64,000 bases of DNA from an uncultured Candidatus Binatia bacterium. GTDB lineage: Bacteria > Desulfobacterota > Binatia > UBA9968 > JAJDTQ01. The position numbers and the translations under genes are program-made. Shown in pieces: positions 1-8,066 of the stretch. Each line of letters opens with the position of its first letter. Within the stretch, counting starts at the first letter, position 1. The stretch is taken from contig OZ243916.1 in assembly GCA_965213675.1 (NCBI GenBank), positions 544,001 through 608,000 of the forward strand, written 5' to 3'. Under the pieces are notes generated by a model. That model was not told the DNA's origin. It saw only the letters and a program-made list of their open reading frames with translations, and ran no database searches.

Positions 1-777
1 GCTCAGGATCACGGTGAAGAGCGGCGTGGTGGCGATCAGTGGCGACACCAGCACGACATCGCCCCTCTCCAGGGCGGTCATGTTCAGGGACACGGCCGCG
101 CTGTTGAGGATCCCCGACAGTCCGAACCACCACAACGTCTCGCGCCGGAATACCAGTTCCCGATATTTCCCCGTCGCCAGCAGGTAGAGCAGCAGGGCCG
201 CGAATCCGCCCCCCTGCACCATCCAGATCGCCAGCGGCACGGAGTCGATCATGCTGTAGCCGAGCTTGCGCATGGGGCTCGAGAAGCCGCCCAGGAACGC
301 CGCCATGATGGGCAGCAACAGGTAGATGGGCTGATAGGGCGCGGTTGCCTCGGAATCCTTCATGCCTAGAAGAGTCGCGCCGGCGATGATGAGCAGCGTG
401 CCCGTGGCGATGGCGGCGGTGACCGTTTCTCCCAGCACCAATACGGCCATGAGGCCGGCGAACAGCGGCGTGGTGTTGCGCAGGGGCGACGCCCGCGAGA
501 TGCCCACCTTGGTGGCGGAGACGAACAGCAGGATCTGCGTGCAGAAGGGCGACAGCACTCCCGAGCCGATGAACAGCAGCAGCCCCGCGGGCGGCGTGTG
601 TTCCCAGGAAACGAACGGACCCAGCGCCACAAACAGGACGACCGTGGAGGTGAAGAGGGAGAAGGAGGTGGCGCTCGTTGGCGTGCCGTATTTGAGCCCC
701 AGGCGGGAGCAGATCTGGCCCGAGGAAAAGCACAGAGCGGCGCCCAACGCCAGCAGCGGGATGTGCAGGTTGTCCAA
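1..777 (-). CDS. DMT/EamA family transporter (3' end runs off window)
   Basis: Minus frame from TTG at 777 (after in-frame TGA at 781-783): LDNLHIPLLALGAALCFSSGQICSRLGLKY...VGISRASPLRNTTPLFAGLMAVLVLGE...GDVVLVSPLIATTPLFTVILS; two EamA repeats. Absent from the ORF track because it has no stop in the window. Confidence 0.85.
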   Translation of the reverse strand, partial: MDNLHIPLLALGAALCFSSGQICSRLGLKYGTPTSATSFSLFTSTVVLFVALGPFVSWEHTPPAGLLLFIGSGVLSPFCTQILLFVSATKVGISRASPLRNTTPLFAGLMAVLVLGETVTAAIATGTLLIIAGATLLGMKDSEATAPYQPIYLLLPIMAAFLGGFSSPMRKLGYSMIDSVPLAIWMVQGGGFAALLLYLLATGKYRELVFRRETLWWFGLSGILNSAAVSLNMTALERGDVVLVSPLIATTPLFTVILS

Positions 778-1116
778 GGCTCAGGCCGAGTCGCTTTGGC
801 GGGTGGATGTGGGGCGTTCCATGACGAGGTTGGCGGCTTGCGCACGAGTATGCGCAGGAAATCCTGCGGTGGGCAAGGCATGACCAGGGCAGGGTTCGGC
901 GGCGCTTCCGTGGGACAGCACTGTCCCGAGTTGTCGGTCTGCACGGAAACCGGAGATCCGGACGGCGACCTTCCCACGTAACGCGGCCTCGTGAGGACAA
1001 CAATAGAGGCCCCTCGAAGCGGATGCTCGTTCAGCTTGGGGTCGCCGTGCCCGTGGCGCGCCGCGACGGGCATGTGAGTTGAAAAGACGCAGCGCATCGG
1101 ATAGCGTCCGGAAGGT

Positions 1117-1131
1117 TCGATTTTCAATCGA
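1117..1131. promoter_or_regulatory. Palindrome TCGATT-ttc-AATCGA just upstream of RBS; possible operator
   Basis: Perfect 6-bp inverted repeat abutting AAGGAG RBS of the 1145 gene. Confidence 0.3.
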
Positions 1132-1144
1132 GAAGGAGTCGTGA

Positions 1145-1870
1145 ATGGCATACACGAGCTGGCGCGGCACCGTCGGCGTGGTCAAGCCCACCATGCGCCC
1201 CGGTTCCCTGGAGGAATTCATCCGCATGATGCCCGATGGCATCGGCATCATCCCGCTCTTCATCGGTTTTCAGCGCGGCGACGCGAATGAGTTCCAGCAG
1301 GCCATGGTGGCCTACGAGGAACGGGTGGCCGAATTGGCGGGCTACGGGGTGGACCTGATTCACCCGGAAGGGGCGCCGCCCTTCATGTTCCAGGGCGTCA
1401 AGGGCGAGCGCAGGATCATCCGCGGCTGGGAAAGGAAGTACAAGGTGCCCATGGTGACCGCGGGGCAGACCCAGATCGAGGCGCTGAAGGCGCTCAAGGC
1501 CCGGAAGGTCCTCGGCGTGACCTATTTTACGGGCGAGATCAACAAGACCTTCGCCAAGTACTTCGTGGAGGCGGGTTTCGACGTGGTCGCCATGGAAGGG
1601 ATTCCGGTGGAGTTCGAGGACGTGGGCAAGCTCGCCGGTCAGGAAGTCTATGCCCACACCCGCAACGCGTTCCTGAAGCACAAGGGCGCGGACGCCATCT
1701 ACATGCTCGGTTCCGGCTGGCGCACGCTGGACATCATCGGACTCCTGGAGCAGGACCTGCAAGTGCCGGTGGTGCACCCGGTTCCCGCCCGCGTTTGGGC
1801 CATCCAGAAGCGGCTTCACGTGAACGAGTCGGTGTTGGGGTACGGGCGGCTGCTGGAAGAAATGGTGTAG
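1145..1870 (+). CDS. Arylmalonate decarboxylase / maleate isomerase (Asp/Glu racemase superfamily)-like protein lacking Cys
   Basis: AAGGAG RBS; family pattern (G.V.P, ALKAL.ARKV.GVTY, YFVEAGFDV, LEQDLQVPVV, GYGRLL). Confidence 0.8.
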   Translation: MAYTSWRGTVGVVKPTMRPGSLEEFIRMMPDGIGIIPLFIGFQRGDANEFQQAMVAYEERVAELAGYGVDLIHPEGAPPFMFQGVKGERRIIRGWERKYKVPMVTAGQTQIEALKALKARKVLGVTYFTGEINKTFAKYFVEAGFDVVAMEGIPVEFEDVGKLAGQEVYAHTRNAFLKHKGADAIYMLGSGWRTLDIIGLLEQDLQVPVVHPVPARVWAIQKRLHVNESVLGYGRLLEEMV

Positions 1871-2235
1871 CGGGGCGGCCGTCAAAAGGAAGCCCGCCAG
1901 CATCGCGGCGGCGAAGCCGAACACCACCTCGTGGGCGTGCCACGACGTGCCCGCGAGAAAGCCGGCCCGGGTAGCGGAAGATCGGCTCCAAACCGCCACC
2001 GCCGTCGCCGCGAACACGGCGGCCAGCAGCTAGTGTGGTGTCTGGATAATTCGCGTCATAATCTGCGGGTCTTTTTCGCCGTCGGCTGCGTTGCTCTTCC
2101 TCGCGTGGTACACGCCACTGCTCGTCATCGCGCCTTGCCGACAACAAAAAATCCTCCGCAGATTATGACCCGAATTAACCAGACACCACACTAGAAGGCC
2201 CGGAAGCCCATGTGAAGTACGGGCCAAGAGTGCAT
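1871..2235 (-). pseudogene. nnrS: nnrS N-terminal remnant interrupted by a MITE
   Basis: Removing the element gives MHSWPVLHMGFRAF*LLAAVFAATAVAVW...WHAHEVVFGFAAAMLAGFLLTA, matching NnrS motifs GFRPF and WHAHEMxFG...GFLLTA; truncated at ~1871. Confidence 0.8.
2030..2194. mobile_element. MITE-like element family A, copy 1 (165 bp, CTAG at both ends)
   Basis: ~39-bp terminal inverted repeat CTAGTGTGGTGTCTGG(A/T)TAATTCG(C/G)GTCATAATCTGCGG; near-identical copy at 17815-17979. Confidence 0.9.
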
Positions 2236-2546
2236 TTCTTCGGGCTCCGTACTCAGCGCTCTCAAAAGCGTCGGCTCAACCGGGCAAACCGTTGGGGCGA
2301 GACCTGGTCAGGAAACTCCAGAACAGGCTCATATACAGGGCGAATCCCAGGCACCAGAGCAGGGAGGAGAGGCCGTAGCCTACCGGCACCACGGTCCCGA
2401 CCTCCAGCCACGGGGGAACGATCCGCCCAACCGCGGGTGGTGCTGTACGGCAGAAAATAGTCCACGAGCAGGAAGATCGCCAGCACGCCGATGGCGAAAT
2501 GGCGGAGCGGCGGCCGCGCTACGAACGGCTCGTCCTCGTCGGCCTC

Positions 2547-3479
2547 TAGCAGGCCGTGGGAAAACGCGTAGATTTGAGCGTTTGTGAGAGAATCGATGGA
2601 AAAGCCGGCTTCAGGGCAAGGAGCAGAACTTGTTGCGCTGGCCATTTCAGGCCAACGAAGCCGGCGCAGACGCCCGGAGGCCATGGACGCATGCTCAACC
2701 TCCGACTCCCAGGGTACGCAGTCGCACCAGGTTGTAGACGGCGAAGGTGAGGGTGAACTGGAAGTCGACCTTGGCCAGGCCCCGGTGCTTGAGTTTGCGC
2801 ATGCCTCCGATGGTCTTGGCCCAGCCGAAGCCTTCCTCGATCCGTTTGCGGATGCGCTGGCTCACCGCGTAACCACGGTGACGGGTGGTGCGCCGGTCAA
2901 TGGCGGAACGCCGGCGGGTGTCGTTCTGGGCCACATGCGGACTGACGTTGGCGCAGCGCAGTCCCTCCACAAAGTCTTTTGTATCGTATCCCTTGTCCGC
3001 CCCGAGGGTGAGCCGATCGGCGCCGGGACGCGCCGCAATCATCGCCAAGCCCGCCTCGCGCTCAGCCCGGCCGCCGGCTTCGGTGGTACGGGTATCGACG
3101 ATCAGTCCATGGCGGTTATCCATCAACGCATGGCCCAGGTAGCACAGCTTCGCTTCCTGTCCCTGGCCCTTGCGGTACAGCCGTGCCTGCGGATCGGTGC
3201 TCGACTGGTGGGTCGCATTGCTGCGCTTCTCGCCGTGGAAGTCCGCCTCCGCATTGCGTCCGCCGCCACCAAGCCGTCCGCCTCCGTCTTTCGGCCGGAA
3301 CGACTTCATCGACGCCCACGCCTCCAGCAACGTCCCGTCCACGCTGAAGTGTTCATCCGACAAAAGGCGTCCTTCGCGGGCCTGGCCCAGTATCTGCCCG
3401 AAAAAGGCCCGCGCGATGTCCGACCCGATATCTTATTTACTCTTATCCGCGTCAGGCGGAGTTTTTCAACAACCTGCTA
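2547..3479 (-). mobile_element. Internally deleted IS (IS5/IS1182-like DDE element)
   Basis: Imperfect terminal IRs TAGCAGGCCGTGGGAAAA (2547) and TAGCAGGTTGTTGAAAAA (minus strand from 3479) flank a transposase C-terminal half. Confidence 0.8.
2695..3426 (-). pseudogene. IS5-family transposase, N-terminally truncated
   Basis: LLSDEHFSVDGTLLEAWASMKSF, TLGADKGYD, RKRIEEGFGWAK, AVYNLVRL motifs; homology stops ~3426 with no N-terminal domain. Confidence 0.85.
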
Positions 3480-3504
3480 AAAGCAGGTCCCGTGCATTGT
3501 GACG

Positions 3505-3792
3505 CTACACCGTAATCCGTAACTGCATTCCCAAAGCCCGTGTGATCCGCATCACCGTGGCGAAGGTCGGATTGCCGTCCTGCGACAAAGCCTTGTAAAG
3601 ACCCTCCCGGCTCATTCCGATCTCTCGGGCCAGTCGGCTCATGTTTCCCGCCCGCACCATATCGTTCAGGGCGGCCCGGATCAGACTGCCATCGCCCGGA
3701 TCCTCTTCCGCGCATGCTTCCAGGTAAAGGCGCGCATCTTCCCGGGTCCGAAGCTGCTCCGTGACGTCCCATTTCGTGAAGGTTTCGGTCAT
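3505..3792 (-). CDS. Addiction module antidote protein (HI1420-like HTH antitoxin)
   Basis: MTETFTKWDVTEQLRT...YLEACAEED.GD..LIRAAL...MSRLAREIGMSREGLYKALSQDGNPTFATV; ATGA overlap with upstream toxin. Confidence 0.9.
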   Translation of the reverse strand: MTETFTKWDVTEQLRTREDARLYLEACAEEDPGDGSLIRAALNDMVRAGNMSRLAREIGMSREGLYKALSQDGNPTFATVMRITRALGMQLRITV

Positions 3793-4084
3793 GTCCGCCT
3801 CCAGTCCTTCGCCAACCGCTCGGCGCGTTCGATGTCGCGCTCCTGGCTGCCCTTGTCGCCTCCGCAGAGCACGACCACCGTCGACCCTCGCGGAGGAAAT
3901 ACAGGCGGTAGCCCGGTCCGTGATGTACGCGCATCTCAAACAGACCGCCGCCCACCGACTTCGCCTCCCCCGCATTGCCCAGCGAGAGGTTTCGCAGACG
4001 CGCGTTGATCCGTGCGACCGCAGTGCGGTCGCGCAAGCTACGAATCCAGCGCTTGAACGTCACGCTTTCTACTATCCGGATCAC
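3789..4084 (-). pseudogene. Addiction module killer protein (HI1419/RelE-like), frameshifted near 3880
   Basis: FKRWIRSLRDRTAVARINARL..LSLGNAGEAKSVGGGLFEMRVHHGPGYRLYF; C-terminal VVVLCGGDKGSQERDIERA lies in another frame. Confidence 0.85.
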
Positions 4085-4092
4085 CAACAGGG

Positions 4093-4122
4093 AGTGTGAA
4101 CTATAGTTCACAACTAGTCAAG
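4093..4122 (-). promoter_or_regulatory. TA operon promoter (TTGACT-N17-CACACT) overlapped by 18-bp perfect palindrome TGTGAACTATAGTTCACA
   Basis: Palindrome at 4095-4112 lies between and over the -35 and -10 hexamers, typical of TA autorepression. Confidence 0.75.
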
Positions 4123-4388
4123 TACTCGTCAGGAGAGACAGAACGAGACCTGGAAGAGCGTTGAAATAGAGTCGGCGAAGAACGTTGAGGATTGCGGGGG
4201 AAGGCGGACGAATAGCTTGATGGTCAGGGTCAGCACGAGAGGTTGGGGAGGCGGCGTCAGGCGGCGCATCGTCGTCGGGTCTGTCGGCGCAGGCTCCTGG
4301 CGGCGAGTTTCGACGAGGGAATCCGCAATGAGCAGATCCGCCTGGACCGCGCGCTGGGGACAACGACGCCGCGGAGGGGCGAGCCGAG

Positions 4389-5240
4389 CCCCATTTCATG
4401 GGCGCCGTCGTGCTCCAGCAGACGCAGTTTCCGACGGCGACGATCGAGCGCCGCATCGTGGTTGACGGCCAGCAGCGGCTCATCACGCTGTAGCTGCTTA
4501 TGGACGTAACCCAGGAGGTGCTTGAAGATCAGGAGCACTCTGGCCCCGCCAAGCGCTTGGCCGCGCTGGTGGCCAACGGCGAGGAATACCTGAACGAGAA
4601 CCCGAATCACGCCTTCAAGGTCTGGCCAACGACCGTCGACAGGGAAGCCTTTCGACATGCGATGAGCAACGAAATGACGCCTGCCAAATACGCGAATTCC
4701 CGAATCGTGCAGGCACACGAGTACTTCAAGGCGCAGGCGGAGCAATGGCTCGACCAGTTCCCGCGAGACACAGGGGAACGCGACAGCGCGGCTTCTGCTT
4801 TGGAAGTAGCTGTGAGCCGTAGTTTGGAGATCGTGGTCATCGACCTGGAAGAGTCCGACGAGCCACACATCATCTTCGAGACGTTGAATGCGCGCGGCAC
4901 GCTGCTACTCCAATCCGACATGGTCAAGAACAAGGTGCTGCACGAGGCGGGAATCGGGATCAGGAATGACGACGAGGAATCAACTCCCGAAGAGCGGAAC
5001 ATCTGGCCGCTCTTGAGAGCTTCCTGGTTCGACGGGTCGTGTGCGGATATAGCGCCAGGAGTTACGGAGAGCTCTTCGTTGGCCTGATTCGGAAGCTCGC
5101 GAAAGCACCGACGCGCGACGTCGACCGCGTCATCGTCTCCCATCTTGGAGAGCAGACCGCGCAGGCCGGACTGTGGCCTGGTGATGAGGAGTTACGCGAG
5201 AGATTCGTCAACGCGCCCCTCTACTCGTACCTGACACGTG
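4389..5240 (+). pseudogene. DUF262/DUF1524 (GmrSD-like) defence gene remnant
   Basis: PHFMGAVVL...IVVDGQQRLITL*LL (in-frame TAG 4491-4493)...IFETLNARG..L.QSDMVKN; frameshift ~5015 into FLVRR.VCGY...WPGDEE...PLY; no HNH tail. Confidence 0.85.
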
Positions 5241-5385
5241 TTAGCCGAGAGAGGGGGGAGGACGATGCGAGGACCGCCGTGTACCCGAACACGGGCCCGG
5301 GAAGTTTTGCCAAACCTCCCGCAAGGGGCCGGTCTTCCGCAGCGACGGCGCATCACCCAGGGCCATTCTGTTCAGCCGGTGGGGC

Positions 5386-6159
5386 CTACCAATCCGCCGG
5401 TTTGACTATCTTTGTTCCCGGTAGCGTTTCGGGAAACTGCGCCGCCCGCAGCATCGCGGGACGGATGTGGCGTACGTGGCTCGCGGCGTTCCGCAACTGT
5501 GAAGCGATCTGCCAACGGCCCGGACAGGCGACGAAGATCGGGCGTTTCAATTCCCCGGTGACCATACGAATCGGCACCACCAAGTCAGTGTCGTTCGACA
5601 CGACCACTGCCGCATCGAAAAGGTCCTTCCACGCGTCGTTAAGCAGGTGGGCGGCAAGATTCACGTCCGAGCCCTTCTCCTCCATCGTGTGGAACTCCGC
5701 GATCACGGCGTCCGGGAGGGGTATCCTCGTCCCGCGACCCCCGCCCTCGCGTTCGCCGTGTCTGTCGAGATAGAGGCCCACCGGCAGTGTCTGGGGCCGC
5801 TCCCCGAGCACCCGGTGGTCGCCTTCGGGGAGCGTGACCGGCCGAGGTGCATCGATCCGTCTACCAGCGACCGGGAGGTTGGCGAGAGGACGCCACGCGG
5901 TCTTGGCCAGGAAAGGCCCGTAATGGATCTCAACTTCTGGCGGGGTCACAAGCGCCTTCAGGTAAAGCTGCTGGCGAGCCGGCGCCTGTGGATCGAGCTT
6001 ACCGGAAACACGCGCCGTGAAGTAGCGAAGCCGGTCGATCGTGCACTCGCGGGGACGCAGAAGGGCGGTTAGCTTGACCGGGTCGAGCCACCTGAAGGGT
6101 GTCCCCTTAAGGGCTCCGTAGTACAGGTTGAAGCCATCGACATAGACCCTCGTCCTCAT
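5386..6159 (-). CDS. NYN domain (LabA/DUF88, PIN-like) putative ribonuclease
   Basis: MRTRVYVDGFNLYY, YFTA, EEKGSDVNLA, VVVSNDTDL: acidic NYN catalytic motifs intact; ATG at 6159. Confidence 0.9.
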   Translation of the reverse strand: MRTRVYVDGFNLYYGALKGTPFRWLDPVKLTALLRPRECTIDRLRYFTARVSGKLDPQAPARQQLYLKALVTPPEVEIHYGPFLAKTAWRPLANLPVAGRRIDAPRPVTLPEGDHRVLGERPQTLPVGLYLDRHGEREGGGRGTRIPLPDAVIAEFHTMEEKGSDVNLAAHLLNDAWKDLFDAAVVVSNDTDLVVPIRMVTGELKRPIFVACPGRWQIASQLRNAASHVRHIRPAMLRAAQFPETLPGTKIVKPADW

Positions 6160-6171
6160 GTCCGTCCCCAG

Positions 6172-6235
6172 AAAAAGCAAGGGCCGCTCTCCTGGAGCAG
6201 CCCTTGAGCCGACAGCACGCTGCCAGCGGGTAATT
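6172..6235 (-). ncRNA. Candidate ~65-nt structured leader/antitoxin RNA upstream of NYN gene
   Basis: Two hairpins (GCUGGCAG-cgug-CUGUCGGC; CAAGGGCUGCUC-cagga-GAGCGGCCCUUG) followed by CUUUUU; three G-U pairs form only on the minus strand. Confidence 0.55.
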
Positions 6236-6241
6236 CCGACA

Positions 6242-6270
6242 ACCTTACGACCATTCCGCCCAGCCCGCAA
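6242..6270 (-). promoter_or_regulatory. sigma70-like promoter TTGCGG-N17-TAAGGT upstream of the RNA/NYN unit
   Basis: 17-bp spacing; predicted start ~6235, just before the first hairpin. Confidence 0.5.
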
Positions 6271-6342
6271 GCGGTGGCCAGTCCGGTTTCCGTGCCTAAA
6301 GGGCCATGTCATGCTCGATGTTCTCGGCCCGCGCCCGAGATG

Positions 6343-6590
6343 CAATAAGCCGCCCAGTCATCCATCAGCCGACGGCGGCGTTGGACAGGTCCGTGCGACG
6401 AGATACGGTTTCGACTTGGTTGCGAGTCGTGTGTTCCAGCGCAGCATGCGCCACTTCGCACGGATGGTCCGTCTCTTCGGTCGTCCAATCCCAAACTCGA
6501 CTGGGAGCCGCGCGCCAAGGTCGCGATCTTCGACGCTCTGAAAAGTCCGGTATCGCCGCGCTCCCGAGTTGCCAGCCGTCTTTTGGCCAA
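6343..6590 (-). pseudogene. Tyrosine recombinase (P4-like integrase) C-terminal remnant
   Basis: Degenerate, frameshifted match to HGFRSSFRDW..EETDHP.EV...AL.H..RNQVE..Y.R.DL..RRR.LMDDWA.Y. Confidence 0.75.
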
Positions 6591-6836
6591 ACGGAACCAG
6601 CTTGATCGCGTCGGACTACACCCACGCCATCGGCCGCGAAGTTGAAGGCTTGTTTACTCAGGGTTTGAGCAGAATCTTTTCGACATTGCGAAACACTGCG
6701 CTGTTCCACCGCTCGTCTCGATGGTTCATCTGATTCATTTCCTGCGGAAACTGTCGGCTTTCTCGAAAAGGTTTCACCGGTCTTGGGGTCGTGGCCTTCG
6801 ACCCGCATGACCGATCTCCCGACTATCCTTCACCTG

Positions 6837-7973
6837 CTAGGGTGCCGCCTGGGCCAGCGGCGATACGTTCAGGTTGTAGAGCCGCGTCACGTTGGTGGTG
6901 AGCAGCTTGGCGCGGTCGCCGGCGTCGAGGCCGTTCATGTCGCGGGCAATGACGTCGCGGGAGTTGGGCCAAGTGGAATTCTGGTGCGGGTAGTCGTTGG
7001 ACCACATGCAGTTGTCGGCGCCCCACCAGGAGAACAGGCGGCCGCCGATGTGGTCGTTGAAGAAGGTGGCGTACACCTGCCGGTTGAAGTACTCGCTGGG
7101 GAGCTTGTCCATGGGCAGGGGCTGGGCGTGGCGATGGCGCCGGAAGTTCTTGTCGCACTGGCCGAGCCAGAAGGGCATCCAGCCGATTTCGTTCTCCACC
7201 GAGACGATCTTGAGGCTGGGATAGCGCTCAAGCGCCCCCGAGAAGATGATGTCGAAGAGCGCGTCTTCGATCTCGCGGGTCTGCTCCACGCCGATGCGGT
7301 AGCGCTTCATGCCCGTGGCAGTCTGGCGGTGCATGCTGTCGCCGAACCCCGTGAGGATGTGCAGGTGTACCGGCATGTCGAGGTCCTGGGATGCGGCCCA
7401 GTAGCGTTCGTAGTGATCGGAGGTAAAGGGCAGGTCGGGGTGGGGTACCTGCCAGATGAGAGTGCCGACCATGCCGGCCTTGCGGCAACGCTCCATCTCG
7501 GCCAGCGCATGGTCCATGTCGAACGCCGAGATCAGTGCGACCCCGAAGAGGCGGTCCGGCGCTCCTTGGCAATACTCGATGAGCCAGTCGTTGTAGGTGC
7601 GGAACAGGCCTTCCTGAAGCGCGGCGTCCTCCACGCAGAAGAACCCGAGTCCCAAGCTGGGATAGAGCACCTCGCCCGAGACGCCGTCGGTGGCCATGTC
7701 CTTGACGCGCTCCACCGGGTCCCAGCCGCCGGGACGCGCCACCGAGAAACCGGCGCGGCGGAAGTCCTCCACCTGCTCCGGGCGCTGGCCCGCCATGAAG
7801 AGCCCGCCCACGGCCTGCGGGATCACGTCCGGGCACCCGAACATCCAGGCGTCGCGTCCCTCGTCGAAGTAAGCCTTGGGCGCTCGGTCGCGCAAGGACG
7901 ACGGCAACCCCTTCTCCCAGAGGTCTGGAACCTCGATGACGTGCGAGTCTGCCGAAATGATGGCTTCTTCCAT
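6837..7973 (-). CDS. Amidohydrolase family protein (Amidohydro_2)
   Basis: ISADSHV, DGVSGEVLYPS, YNDWL, HLH, ENEIGW, WSNDYPH. Confidence 0.9.
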   Translation of the reverse strand: MEEAIISADSHVIEVPDLWEKGLPSSLRDRAPKAYFDEGRDAWMFGCPDVIPQAVGGLFMAGQRPEQVEDFRRAGFSVARPGGWDPVERVKDMATDGVSGEVLYPSLGLGFFCVEDAALQEGLFRTYNDWLIEYCQGAPDRLFGVALISAFDMDHALAEMERCRKAGMVGTLIWQVPHPDLPFTSDHYERYWAASQDLDMPVHLHILTGFGDSMHRQTATGMKRYRIGVEQTREIEDALFDIIFSGALERYPSLKIVSVENEIGWMPFWLGQCDKNFRRHRHAQPLPMDKLPSEYFNRQVYATFFNDHIGGRLFSWWGADNCMWSNDYPHQNSTWPNSRDVIARDMNGLDAGDRAKLLTTNVTRLYNLNVSPLAQAAP

Positions 7974-8066
7974 GACGGTTTCTCCTGTTCTTCTTCCACC
8001 CCTTCTTTGCCCAGACAGGGCTGCTTTGGGTGGCCTCTTGCCACCACCGCTACCACGGAGCCGGGC

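Noticed and set aside
2030-2194. Possible CRISPR repeat
   Set aside because: Copies are dispersed TIR elements, not a regular repeat-spacer array; no cas genes seen
2262-2545. Short hydrophobic ORF fragment next to the IS end
   Set aside because: No recognisable family; may be a disrupted gene but cannot be supported
4491-4493. In-frame TAG in the DUF262 gene as possible pyrrolysine/readthrough
   Set aside because: Gene also has a frameshift, deletions and truncation; simple decay explains it
6831-6840. CACCTGCTAG resembling the IS end, suggesting a composite transposon boundary
   Set aside because: Match is only ~8 bp and overlaps a normal stop codon
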